NCBI GenBank assembly: GCA_043228905.1
Contig: JBHGNT010000997.1
Coordinates: 1 to 13,086, forward strand
Length of the DNA: 13,086 nucleotides
Direction: 5' to 3'
Origin: Azolla caroliniana
Lineage: Eukaryota > Plantae > Polypodiophyta
The notes under the pieces were generated by a model. That model had not been told where the DNA came from. It was given only the letters and a program-made list of their open reading frames with translations, and made no database searches. This document shows, piece by piece, positions 5,541 through 13,086 of the stretch. Position numbers and translations under genes: made by a program. The first letter of the stretch is position 1, and each line of letters begins with the position of its first letter.

Positions 5541-8483
5541 TTATTCTTCCGGTTGTGGTTGTTGCGGTTGTGCTTGCTGCTGCTGCTGCTGTGGTTGCGG
5601 TTGGGACTGAGGCTGTTCCGGCTGCTCTATAGGCGGCTGCTCGGCGGCTGCTCCGTTTGTTTCTCTATTCTCTGACTCCGGCATCTCCGTTTGACTGCTT
5701 CCGGTCCGGTCTCCTTCCAGTACCGGTTCCTCATCACTGAGGTTGACCGTAACCGGTTCTCGTGCTTTCTCTTCCCGGATCCGGGACCTCTCATAGCTTT
5801 CAAACTGGATCTGCGCCTCCAGCCTGTCGTCGTCCAGCTGAGCTACAAGCTGCCGGACTTGCTCTAGTTGGTCCTCCGCCAAGGCTTGAAAGTCTTCGGC
5901 CAACTCATCTCTTATGCCGGTGAAGTCTTCGGAATTCAGCATATAGCAATCATCTCCCTCCTTCCGCCGGTTCTCTACGTCGGCCCGGAGCAATTGGAGT
6001 TCCGCCGCATTCGTGGCCCACTTGGTCCACCATTTGACGGACCCGTTGTCAATCAAGCTCTTGGTCTGGTTCAACCAGGCCCGCATGATATCCTGGATGC
6101 GACTTGCTCCCATTTGCGCTCTGCTTTCCACAACTTGTCGCTCCTCCTTCAACTGCTTGATGAGATTAGCTGTATCCTCCGCCTGCTCTCTGTAGCGCGT
6201 CAGCTGCCCTTGATATGTCGTTTGCAGCCTCTGCAGTACCTCCGCCGCTCTTTCTTTTTCCGCCTGCTGTTGCCTGAGGAGCTCTGTCCGAACCTTCTCC
6301 GCCTCTTCCAACCGTCTTCTGGTTTCCGCTTGTTCCTTGGCGAATGCGGTTGCGGTCCGATCAACTGCTTGCCGGAGCTCATCTGTCCGTTCCTTGTGCT
6401 CCGTTTGCAACCGTTTATACTCCCGGTGCAATTGCTCAAATTCCTCCGTTTTTTGTTTGAGCTTGCCGTTGATCTGGCGATGGTTTCGGTCCTCCCGGTC
6501 CTTTACCTGCCGGAGTTCCTCTTTCAGGCGCTCTACTTCTGTTTCGGCGTTTCTCCGGAGCCTCTCCTTCTCTTGCAGCATTTTCTCCTTCTCCTCCTTG
6601 AGCCGGTCGTACGCTTGGTGGCCTTTCCGTAAGCTCTCCTCGGCCCAGCGTAGATTCTCAGCAGTCTTTTTGAGTTCTGCCTCCGCTGCCGTCTTCAATT
6701 CTCTTTCGCGGCTCCTCAACGCTTCTTGGGCAGCTAGCTCATCCTTTAAATCCGCCAGCTCTTGGGCTTGTGCCGCATTTCTCTCCGGAACGGTTTCCGT
6801 TGCCGGGGTCTGGTTGCTATGTACAGGTTGATCTGACGCCTTATTCTGTACATTGCCCGGAGTCACCGGTGCTTGGACTTGTGTTGTCAAAGCCAATTGA
6901 GCCATTTCCCTTGTGACCCTGTCCAAGTCTTGTTCAAGGCTCCGGATTCTGGACCGGGCCGTCTCTAGATCTACGGTTGTGACGAGCAACCGTTCCTGGT
7001 GCGCTCTCTCCTCCGCCTCTATATACTCGACCGCTCCGGCGATTTGCTCGCCTACCCACCGTAGCCACATGCTACTGGTGCCTTGCTGCTGTACTGGTTG
7101 GGTCGGCTGGTTCACTGTGGAATTTTCTGGCCTGAGTGCCTGCATCTGCCGTTCTGGTTCTACTCCTTGGCCGCCGTGTGTGCTGGCTGGGCTCGCCGGC
7201 TGTTGAGTTCCGGTTCTCGCCGTCTCCGGAGCCGTTGGAATGACTTCTTCTATAGAAGTTGACAAGGCCGGTTCCCTACGCACCGGTTCCGGTTCCTCCC
7301 TTGTGGTTTGCTCAGGTTGAGTTGGGGGCGTTTCTGCCTCTCGCGGGTACGACCGCTCCCCCCCTGTCTCGGCGGTCCTACTTCTTGACCGTCTTTGGAG
7401 GTGCTCTTCTGGCTCCTCCGTTTCCTCTTCCTGTGTAACGGCATGTTTCTGTGCCGTCAAGGGTTCCGGTTCCTTCTGTCCCGGTCGCCGTATGGTTATC
7501 TTAACGGGTCGGGCCGGTGACACCTCCTCCGGTTCTGAGAGCCGTTTCTTCCCTTTCGTCGCCTTCGACGCCAGCAGCTGCTGTCGTTTGGACGCCGGCT
7601 TCGAGGTGCTTCCTTCCGATACTCTTGGCCGCTTCTTTGGCTGAACGGTCTCGACCGGCGGCACGAGCAATGTTATCCACTGAGCTACGGCGTGCCACAG
7701 CTTCCGGCCCTCCTTGCCGTCCTTTCCTCGTACCATGTCGATTGCCGTGCACAAACCGTCTGCAATCAACACCGGCCAGTCCACCTTGATCCCTTCATAG
7801 GTGGCTATGATCATCCCTGCCCGGTTTTTTGGCATGACAGGGGGTCGAGGGTACACGTGGCCGTACTCATGGAGCACTCGAGCTATCTCCCTGAATAGCG
7901 GATCTTCGCCGCCCTGCGTTCGATAGCCTTTGCCGGCAACAGAGTACTCACCGAAATATCGGATGAGTTGCTCCGAGGTTGGGTTATCGATCTGAAAGAT
8001 ACCTCCCTCCGGAAGGCCTATTAGCGCACGGATCGCTTCCTCGGTGATGACCTCTGTGGCGAGCTCCTTGATGACCCGGTCGGCTTCTCTGTGCGGCGGT
8101 GCCTCCATGATGGCCAAGAACCCCTCCAGTCCGTGTTGCCTGAACCATTTCCTGGCCGCTTCCGACAGCGTTTGTGGTTCCATGTCTGCTTCGAGGTCGA
8201 GGAAAGATGGCGAGGTAGAGTGGTGATGAGAGTGAGAGCGAGAGAGAGAGCGTTCTGAACGCGGGGGTTCTCTGAGTGCAGGTTCGCGTTTGCTAAGCTT
8301 CCACTGCCTTGGTGCTTCTGTGCTTCTTGGCTCGCGAAAAAAGAAGGTCTCCATGCGCTCTTCTTTTTCTCTATGCGTTTTGGCGCCTTTTTCGAGCATG
8401 CACACGTCGTGTACCAATTTAGTATTAAGTAACATGGCGGCTCTTAAATGCCCACTTCGTACCTTTTCGCTCCTTGCTTTCAC
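5541..8483 (-). CDS. Retrotransposon extra ORF (ORF3): plant-mobile-domain-like N-terminus, disordered linker, long coiled coil, Q/P-rich tail
   Basis: 980 open codons between pol and the 3' LTR; likely start is ATG 8183 (880 aa) after a CT-rich leader. Motifs GLEGFL, ITEEAIRALIGLPEGG and GIKVDWPVLIADGL; basic NLS-like PKKRPR; E/K/R/Q heptad-rich C-terminal half; no transmembrane segment seen. Confidence 0.8.
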   Translation of the reverse strand: MKARSEKVRSGHLRAAMLLNTKLVHDVCMLEKGAKTHREKEERMETFFFREPRSTEAPRQWKLSKREPALREPPRSERSLSRSHSHHHSTSPSFLDLEADMEPQTLSEAARKWFRQHGLEGFLAIMEAPPHREADRVIKELATEVITEEAIRALIGLPEGGIFQIDNPTSEQLIRYFGEYSVAGKGYRTQGGEDPLFREIARVLHEYGHVYPRPPVMPKNRAGMIIATYEGIKVDWPVLIADGLCTAIDMVRGKDGKEGRKLWHAVAQWITLLVPPVETVQPKKRPRVSEGSTSKPASKRQQLLASKATKGKKRLSEPEEVSPARPVKITIRRPGQKEPEPLTAQKHAVTQEEETEEPEEHLQRRSRSRTAETGGERSYPREAETPPTQPEQTTREEPEPVRREPALSTSIEEVIPTAPETARTGTQQPASPASTHGGQGVEPERQMQALRPENSTVNQPTQPVQQQGTSSMWLRWVGEQIAGAVEYIEAEERAHQERLLVTTVDLETARSRIRSLEQDLDRVTREMAQLALTTQVQAPVTPGNVQNKASDQPVHSNQTPATETVPERNAAQAQELADLKDELAAQEALRSRERELKTAAEAELKKTAENLRWAEESLRKGHQAYDRLKEEKEKMLQEKERLRRNAETEVERLKEELRQVKDREDRNHRQINGKLKQKTEEFEQLHREYKRLQTEHKERTDELRQAVDRTATAFAKEQAETRRRLEEAEKVRTELLRQQQAEKERAAEVLQRLQTTYQGQLTRYREQAEDTANLIKQLKEERQVVESRAQMGASRIQDIMRAWLNQTKSLIDNGSVKWWTKWATNAAELQLLRADVENRRKEGDDCYMLNSEDFTGIRDELAEDFQALAEDQLEQVRQLVAQLDDDRLEAQIQFESYERSRIREEKAREPVTVNLSDEEPVLEGDRTGSSQTEMPESENRETNGAAAEQPPIEQPEQPQSQPQPQQQQQQAQPQQPQPEE
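5550..5625 (-). repeat. CAG/CAA-rich low-complexity tract encoding the Q/P tail of ORF3
   Basis: (TGC)n run at about 5575-5591 on +; encodes QPEQPQSQPQPQQQQQQAQPQQPQP. Confidence 0.8.
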
Positions 8484-8500
8484 GTCCGTTCATACCTCGA

Positions 8501-8541
8501 TTTTTAATGATTTTTTTTTATTTTTATTTTTATTTTTTTTT
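8501..8541 (-). other. A-rich spacer between the pol stop and ORF3
   Basis: T-runs on + (TTTTTTTTTATTTTTATTTTTATTTTTTTTT), read as repeated AATAAA on the element sense strand. Confidence 0.7.
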
Positions 8542-8555
8542 GACGGTATGTGATC

Positions 8556-9416
8556 TTACACATCCGTAGGTCCCTTTGGACCCTTACCGTTTTCCTTACG
8601 GGTTGCCGTGTCTTCCCCGTCGTCTTTTTCTTCCAGCCGTACCGTTCCCGGTATAGTGCCGGTGGGCGGCATAAACGGGTTACTTGGCATCGGTCCTTTA
8701 TAGGGCTTTAGTCTAAATCCGTTCACCCACTTGCCTAGTACTTCACCGACAAGTGTCCCTATCTGATAGGACCCGTTGTATTCCCGTGTCAGCCAATACG
8801 GGCCGGTCCATCTAAACCGGAGTTTACCCGGCATCTTGCCCATCCTTGTTTGGAATACTAGCACCGGCTTTCCGATTTCGAACATCTTCTCATTACCTTT
8901 CCGGTGACGATCAACGAACGCTTTCCGTCGTCGTTGCTCCAGTTCCATGTGTAGGATGTTGGCCAGCCGTTGCTCCTCCAGTTCGAATAGTGCTGCTAGC
9001 CGCATTTCCTCTGACTCCTTTTCATTCAGCCGCTCCCGTAGTTGGATCCGTAAGCTTGGTACCTGAAATTCCACCGACATGACCGCCTCTAAGCCGAACG
9101 CTAGCCGGAACGGCGTTGTCCGGATACTTGTTTTGTATGCCGTTCGGTACGCCCATAGCGTGCTATGGAGCTTTGTATCCCAGTCCGTCCGGTTTTCATT
9201 GACGATTTTGCGGAGAATGTTCTGCAGCGTTTTGTTGGTGGACTCTGCTAACCCGTTCGCTTGTGGGTAGTACGGTGTGCTCCGTTTATGGACCACGGCA
9301 TAGAACGTTGTTAAGCTTTCCACTACCTGGCCGAGGAAGTGCCCTCCTTGGTCGCTGATTAATTCAATCAGACATCCATATCGGCACCAAATGTTCTCGT
9401 ACAGGAATTTTGCTGT
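8556..9416 (-). pseudogene. pol: Integrase core (second D and E) and GPY/F module of element D pol
   Basis: Same frame as 9417..12437, after TGA 9417-9419: TAKFLYENIWCRYGCLIELISDQG...YYPQANGLAE (D-35-E spacing), then KLRFRWTGPY. Confidence 0.92.
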
Positions 9417-12400
9417 TCACATTGCCGGTGGCTTGAACGGTCCGACAAAATCCAACCCCCACTTCTGGAATGGCTCTAGTGGAAGTACCGGTTGGTGTGG
9501 CATCCGTGCTTGCTCCGTAGGCTGGCCCATTCGTTGGCATAGGTCGCATTCCTTAGCATACTTGACGGCGTCTTTTAACGTCGTGGGCCACCATAAGCCG
9601 CTCTGCCATACTTTCCTTGCCGTCGCTTCCCCGGCATAGTGTCCTCCGGCAACCCCACAGTGTGCTTCCCGTAAGATTACTTCTTTCTCGTCACTACGGA
9701 CTGCCCGTCTCCATATTCCATCTGCTCCTTTGTGGTAGAGAGTGTCCCGTAACAGACAGAAATTGCGGCTCTGCACCGCCAGTCGTTTCCTCTCGTCCCG
9801 GTTCATTTCCTCCGGTGGCAGGCCCGTGCTTAGGAACTGGTGCATGTTTGTCAGCCACCTATCTTCTGATGCCACCGTGTCGTCCGCTGCCGTTTCCGGG
9901 GTGATACGGAATAACTCTGCGTCCGGAAATTCATCCGCTACTCCGTCGCCTGCTTCTCCGGACTCTAACCGGCTCAGATAGTCTGCTACGGCATGCTGGA
10001 TACCGGGCCGGTGGAAGATCTCGAATTCGAACTCCTGCAACAGCAAGGTCCAACGGGCCAACTTACCGGTTAGGGACGCCTTGGACACTAAGTACAGGAG
10101 CGCCGAGTGATCCACATGAAAGGAGAACTTCCTTCCCAATAGGTAATGCCGAAACTTTGTGACACTGTAGATCATGCCCAGGGCCTCCCGTTCCGTCGTC
10201 GAATAGTTCTTCTCCGCTTGGGACAGCTTCCGGCTGGCGTAATAGACCGGCCGGTACCATTTAGGCTCCGTAAGTTGCATTAAGGCGCTGCCAATAGCGA
10301 TGTCGGACGCGTCAACGAACACGTGAAATTCCTTGCTCCAATCCGGAGGCTGCACGACGGGTGCTTGCGACAAAAGTACCTTCAGGGCATTGTATGCCTT
10401 ATCCTCCGTATCTGTCCATTGGAACGGTGTCCGATGTACCGCGGTGTGTAATGGTGTAGCCAAGTCAGCCAAGTGACGGAGCATCCGGCTGTGCCACCGG
10501 ATCTGTCCTAAGAATCGGCTTAGTGCTTTGGCCGTTTTTGGCGCCGGTGCCCCTAGTATCGCGTTTACTTTGTCCGGGTCGACCGCAATGCCCTCCTTAC
10601 TTACAATGTGTCCCAACAATATTCCACTTGAAACTCCAAAGATGCATTTTGCTGGGTTTAAGCTTAGCCGGTATAACCTACACTTTTCAAGGCATAACCG
10701 TAGGTGCTGCAAATGGTCTTTTCCCCGGCTATAGACTGCAAAATCATCCAGGAAAACTTGCATGAAGGCAGGAATATATTCGCCGAAGATCTCCATGATG
10801 ATTCGCTGGAACGTTGCTGGTGCCGTTTTTAGGCCGAACATCATGACTTCGGCCACAAACACCCCCCATTCGGTGACGAACGCTGTCTTCTCCTGGTCGT
10901 CCGGGTGCATCCGGATTTGATTGTAACCGCTGAACCCGTCTAGAAAGCTATAAACTTCATGGCCGGCGACGGCATCCAGTACTCCATCCGTGAACGGAAG
11001 AGGGAATGCATCCGTAACTGTGGCTGCATTTAATTTCCTGTAATCTACACACACGCGGATTTTACCGTTCTTCTTTGGGACGACGACGATGGGGCTCAGC
11101 CACGTCGCTTTCTTTACCGGCCGGATGAAGCCCACTCTTAGGAGTTTGTCGATTTCCTCCTTCACTTTGGCGGCGTAGTTGGGGTTCATTCGGTAACGTC
11201 GTTGCGCCACTGGTTTCGCGTCCTTGCCTAAGTGGATCTGATGCTGATATAATTGAGGGTCCAGCCCTCGCATGTCCTCGTATGACCAGGCGAATACGTC
11301 GCGAAACTCCGTGAGAAGTTTGATCATCGCCGCTTTATCTTCCGGCTTCATTTCTTTGGCGATGTGTACCGGCTTTGATTCGTCCTTGCTTCCTAGGTTC
11401 ACTTCGTCGAGCTGGGATGTTTTTACCCGTTGGGAAACGGCCATTTCCCGTTCCAACGCTTCCTGTGCTTGCCGTAATTCCCGAATCGCATCTTTGTCTG
11501 GTTCGGCTTCAGTTTCGTCCCGTTGCGGCAAGTATGGCGCTACGGCTTCAGCCACGTCAATCTCGAAGAGTGGTACGATCTTTGGGTGTTCCTCCAAGTA
11601 CTGGGCTTCTTCGTCGTCTGCCAACCCTTCAAGCATGTTCACGCATTCCGCATATAGCGGTGTGCATTCCTTACCGTTGCTCGTCCGTGGTTGTGTTGGA
11701 ACCCGGACCTTGGCTTTTCCGCGCCGGAAGGTAATCATATTTTTCCGCCAATTTTGCTTGATGTGTGCTGTTTTCAACCATGGTCTGCCCAGCAACAGTG
11801 GGTACGCGCCTTGCGCCTGTAGCTGCAGCACTACAGCCGAGATGTGAAATGTGTGGCCTCCTATGGTGACTTCCAGTTTCCGTATTAAGCCCGTTGGCCG
11901 TACAGAGCTCGTATCCGCCATCCGTAGCCAGAACGGACATGGCTCCCATTCATGTATACCCAAGGCATCACACGTGCGGAGGCTTATTACGTTCACCCCG
12001 GAACCTCCATCGATTACTGTGCCGGGAAGTTCGTGCCCTTTGACAATAGCTGTAATCACCGGACTACTTGTGTCCACCACCGTCGGTCCCTCCTCCGGAT
12101 TCGAGAAAAGGACTGGTGCCGGTGGGGCTATACCGTCTGTCATGACCGTTTTTTGCCCTTCCGTAAATCGCGGCACGAGCTGTAAGAGTCTTCCTAATGG
12201 CAATGTGATCTGACATTCTTGCAGTGCTTGCCATGTCTCGTTTTCTGGGTGGCTACCGCCGGCACTCCCTATGGTATTTGCCTTTTGCCGTTCCGCGTCC
12301 GCGACGTTCCTCTCATTGGCTTCCTTCACCCATTCCGTCGCCTGCTTTCGTATGGCCTCTTGTGTTTCCCACTCTTTGGCCATGCCTTTCGACCGTGTGG

Positions 12401-12437
12401 TTACTTGCTGTAAATCCGCCACTTCCGGAACCACCAT
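9417..12437 (-). CDS. pol: Pol polyprotein of element D: aspartic protease, reverse transcriptase, RNase H, integrase zinc finger; ends at a premature stop
   Basis: VIDGGSGVNVI (D codon at 12009-12011); RVCVDYRKLN, LDGFSGYNQI, MMFGLKTAPATFQR, FLDD (10744-10755); VDASD, YSTTERE, DH and ADYLSR; H-x6-H...CDLC; WGLDFVGP. Confidence 0.95.
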   Translation of the reverse strand: MVVPEVADLQQVTTRSKGMAKEWETQEAIRKQATEWVKEANERNVADAERQKANTIGSAGGSHPENETWQALQECQITLPLGRLLQLVPRFTEGQKTVMTDGIAPPAPVLFSNPEEGPTVVDTSSPVITAIVKGHELPGTVIDGGSGVNVISLRTCDALGIHEWEPCPFWLRMADTSSVRPTGLIRKLEVTIGGHTFHISAVVLQLQAQGAYPLLLGRPWLKTAHIKQNWRKNMITFRRGKAKVRVPTQPRTSNGKECTPLYAECVNMLEGLADDEEAQYLEEHPKIVPLFEIDVAEAVAPYLPQRDETEAEPDKDAIRELRQAQEALEREMAVSQRVKTSQLDEVNLGSKDESKPVHIAKEMKPEDKAAMIKLLTEFRDVFAWSYEDMRGLDPQLYQHQIHLGKDAKPVAQRRYRMNPNYAAKVKEEIDKLLRVGFIRPVKKATWLSPIVVVPKKNGKIRVCVDYRKLNAATVTDAFPLPFTDGVLDAVAGHEVYSFLDGFSGYNQIRMHPDDQEKTAFVTEWGVFVAEVMMFGLKTAPATFQRIIMEIFGEYIPAFMQVFLDDFAVYSRGKDHLQHLRLCLEKCRLYRLSLNPAKCIFGVSSGILLGHIVSKEGIAVDPDKVNAILGAPAPKTAKALSRFLGQIRWHSRMLRHLADLATPLHTAVHRTPFQWTDTEDKAYNALKVLLSQAPVVQPPDWSKEFHVFVDASDIAIGSALMQLTEPKWYRPVYYASRKLSQAEKNYSTTEREALGMIYSVTKFRHYLLGRKFSFHVDHSALLYLVSKASLTGKLARWTLLLQEFEFEIFHRPGIQHAVADYLSRLESGEAGDGVADEFPDAELFRITPETAADDTVASEDRWLTNMHQFLSTGLPPEEMNRDERKRLAVQSRNFCLLRDTLYHKGADGIWRRAVRSDEKEVILREAHCGVAGGHYAGEATARKVWQSGLWWPTTLKDAVKYAKECDLCQRMGQPTEQARMPHQPVLPLEPFQKWGLDFVGPFKPPAM

Positions 12438-13085
12438 ATTAACTGCTGGTCGTTTATCGTAGCTCTTTGCCGGGCACTGGTTACTGTAGTGGCCTTCCTG
12501 CCTGCAGTAATAGCAGTATTCTTTACGAGTATTGCTGGATTCAGCTTTGCTGGTATCCGGAGTCGGTCCCGTAGTGAGTGGTGCGTTCTGTGCCGGTTGG
12601 CTCCTTGGGGTTCCCTGTTCCGGGTCCCTAGTGTGACCACCTTACTTGAAATTGCGTTTCTTATTATTCTTTTTATTTCGGTAGTCCGGTCGTGGTGGAT
12701 CGTAAAATCGGTCGTAGTCCTCCTGGTGCCTTCGGTAACCAGGGGAATGGTCTCTGTCGTATTGCTCGTGTCATCTGTTGGGTTCCCGATAACGGTCCGA
12801 TCGATCATACCGGTCGTAGTTATCACGCCGATTCCCGTACCGGCCATCATTCTCTTGTCTGTCTCCGTACCGGACATCCTGTGCCGGTTGGTACCGGTTC
12901 ATTCTTTGCCAACGATAGTCCTCTTCGTCTCGGCTGCTTCTTGGCTCGATCCGTCGGACGGGTGGTGCTTGTCGGTTTAACAGGTTATACTCGCACCGGT
13001 CCGTTGTATGACTCTTGGATTGACAAATCACACACTGGGTTCGCATGGTGCACTCCACTGCCGAGTGTCCGGCATTCAAGCAGAT
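12438..13085 (-). pseudogene. gag: Element D gag C-terminal part with three CCHC knuckles, in frame with pol
   Basis: (C)xICLNAGHSAVEC, CVICQSKSHTTDRC, an R/D-rich linker, then CYYCRQEGHYSNQC. In-frame stops TGA 12771-12773 and TAA 12642-12644. Homologous to gag A and B (CEYNLLNR versus CEYNMLNR). Confidence 0.9.
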
Positions 13086-13086
13086 T

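Larger units (their letters stand above)
5018..13086 (-). mobile_element. Ty3/Gypsy non-chromovirus LTR retrotransposon D with extra 3' ORF; 5' end lies beyond the window
   Basis: Order gag-PR-RT-RH-IN (Gypsy), then extra ORF and 3' LTR; no chromodomain and no second RNase H seen. Confidence 0.93.

Noticed and set aside
5868-6831. Hydrophobic antisense ORFs (5868..6632, 6337..6831) and other short ORFs in the track
   Set aside because: They are shadows of E/K/Q-rich or GC-rich coding sequence on the opposite strand and show no independent motifs.
5541-8483. ORF3 as a true retroviral envelope, or as host SMC/myosin
   Set aside because: No signal peptide or transmembrane segment and no Walker motifs; the coiled-coil similarity is compositional.
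12401-12877. Programmed gag-pol frameshift via ORF 12401..12877
   Set aside because: Gag knuckles and pol lie in one frame broken only by two point stops; this ORF is an off-frame shadow.

Overview
The whole window is a nest of plant-type LTR retrotransposons; no host gene is evident. The host is probably a non-seed land plant such as a moss, but that is inference. Left to right: (1) a decayed Ty3/Gypsy gag segment on + (1-1362), joined by a microhomology fold-back/inversion junction to the 5' part of the same family on - (element A: gag N-terminus, tRNA-Arg-type PBS, LTR 1918-2352); (2) a decayed Ty1/Copia RNase H remnant (2353-2989) that acted as target; (3) a related Gypsy element B on + (LTR 2990-3478, PBS, decayed gag); (4) at 4683, B is interrupted by the U3 part of an unrelated LTR C with 28-bp tandem repeats; (5) at 5018, C is interrupted by Gypsy element D on -. 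D has a single-frame gag-pol (3 zinc knuckles, PR, RT, RH, IN; 3 nonsense codons and an in-frame IN deletion), an intact 880-980 aa extra ORF (PMD-like N-terminus plus long coiled coil) and a 423-bp 3' LTR. The most unusual feature is at D's 3' end. Where the polypurine tract should be, there is a sequence matching a tRNA 3' end (GTCCCACGGGCGTGCCA), i.e. an inverted PBS 2 nt from the LTR. This suggests tRNA-primed plus-strand synthesis, self-priming, or replication via an antisense RNA.
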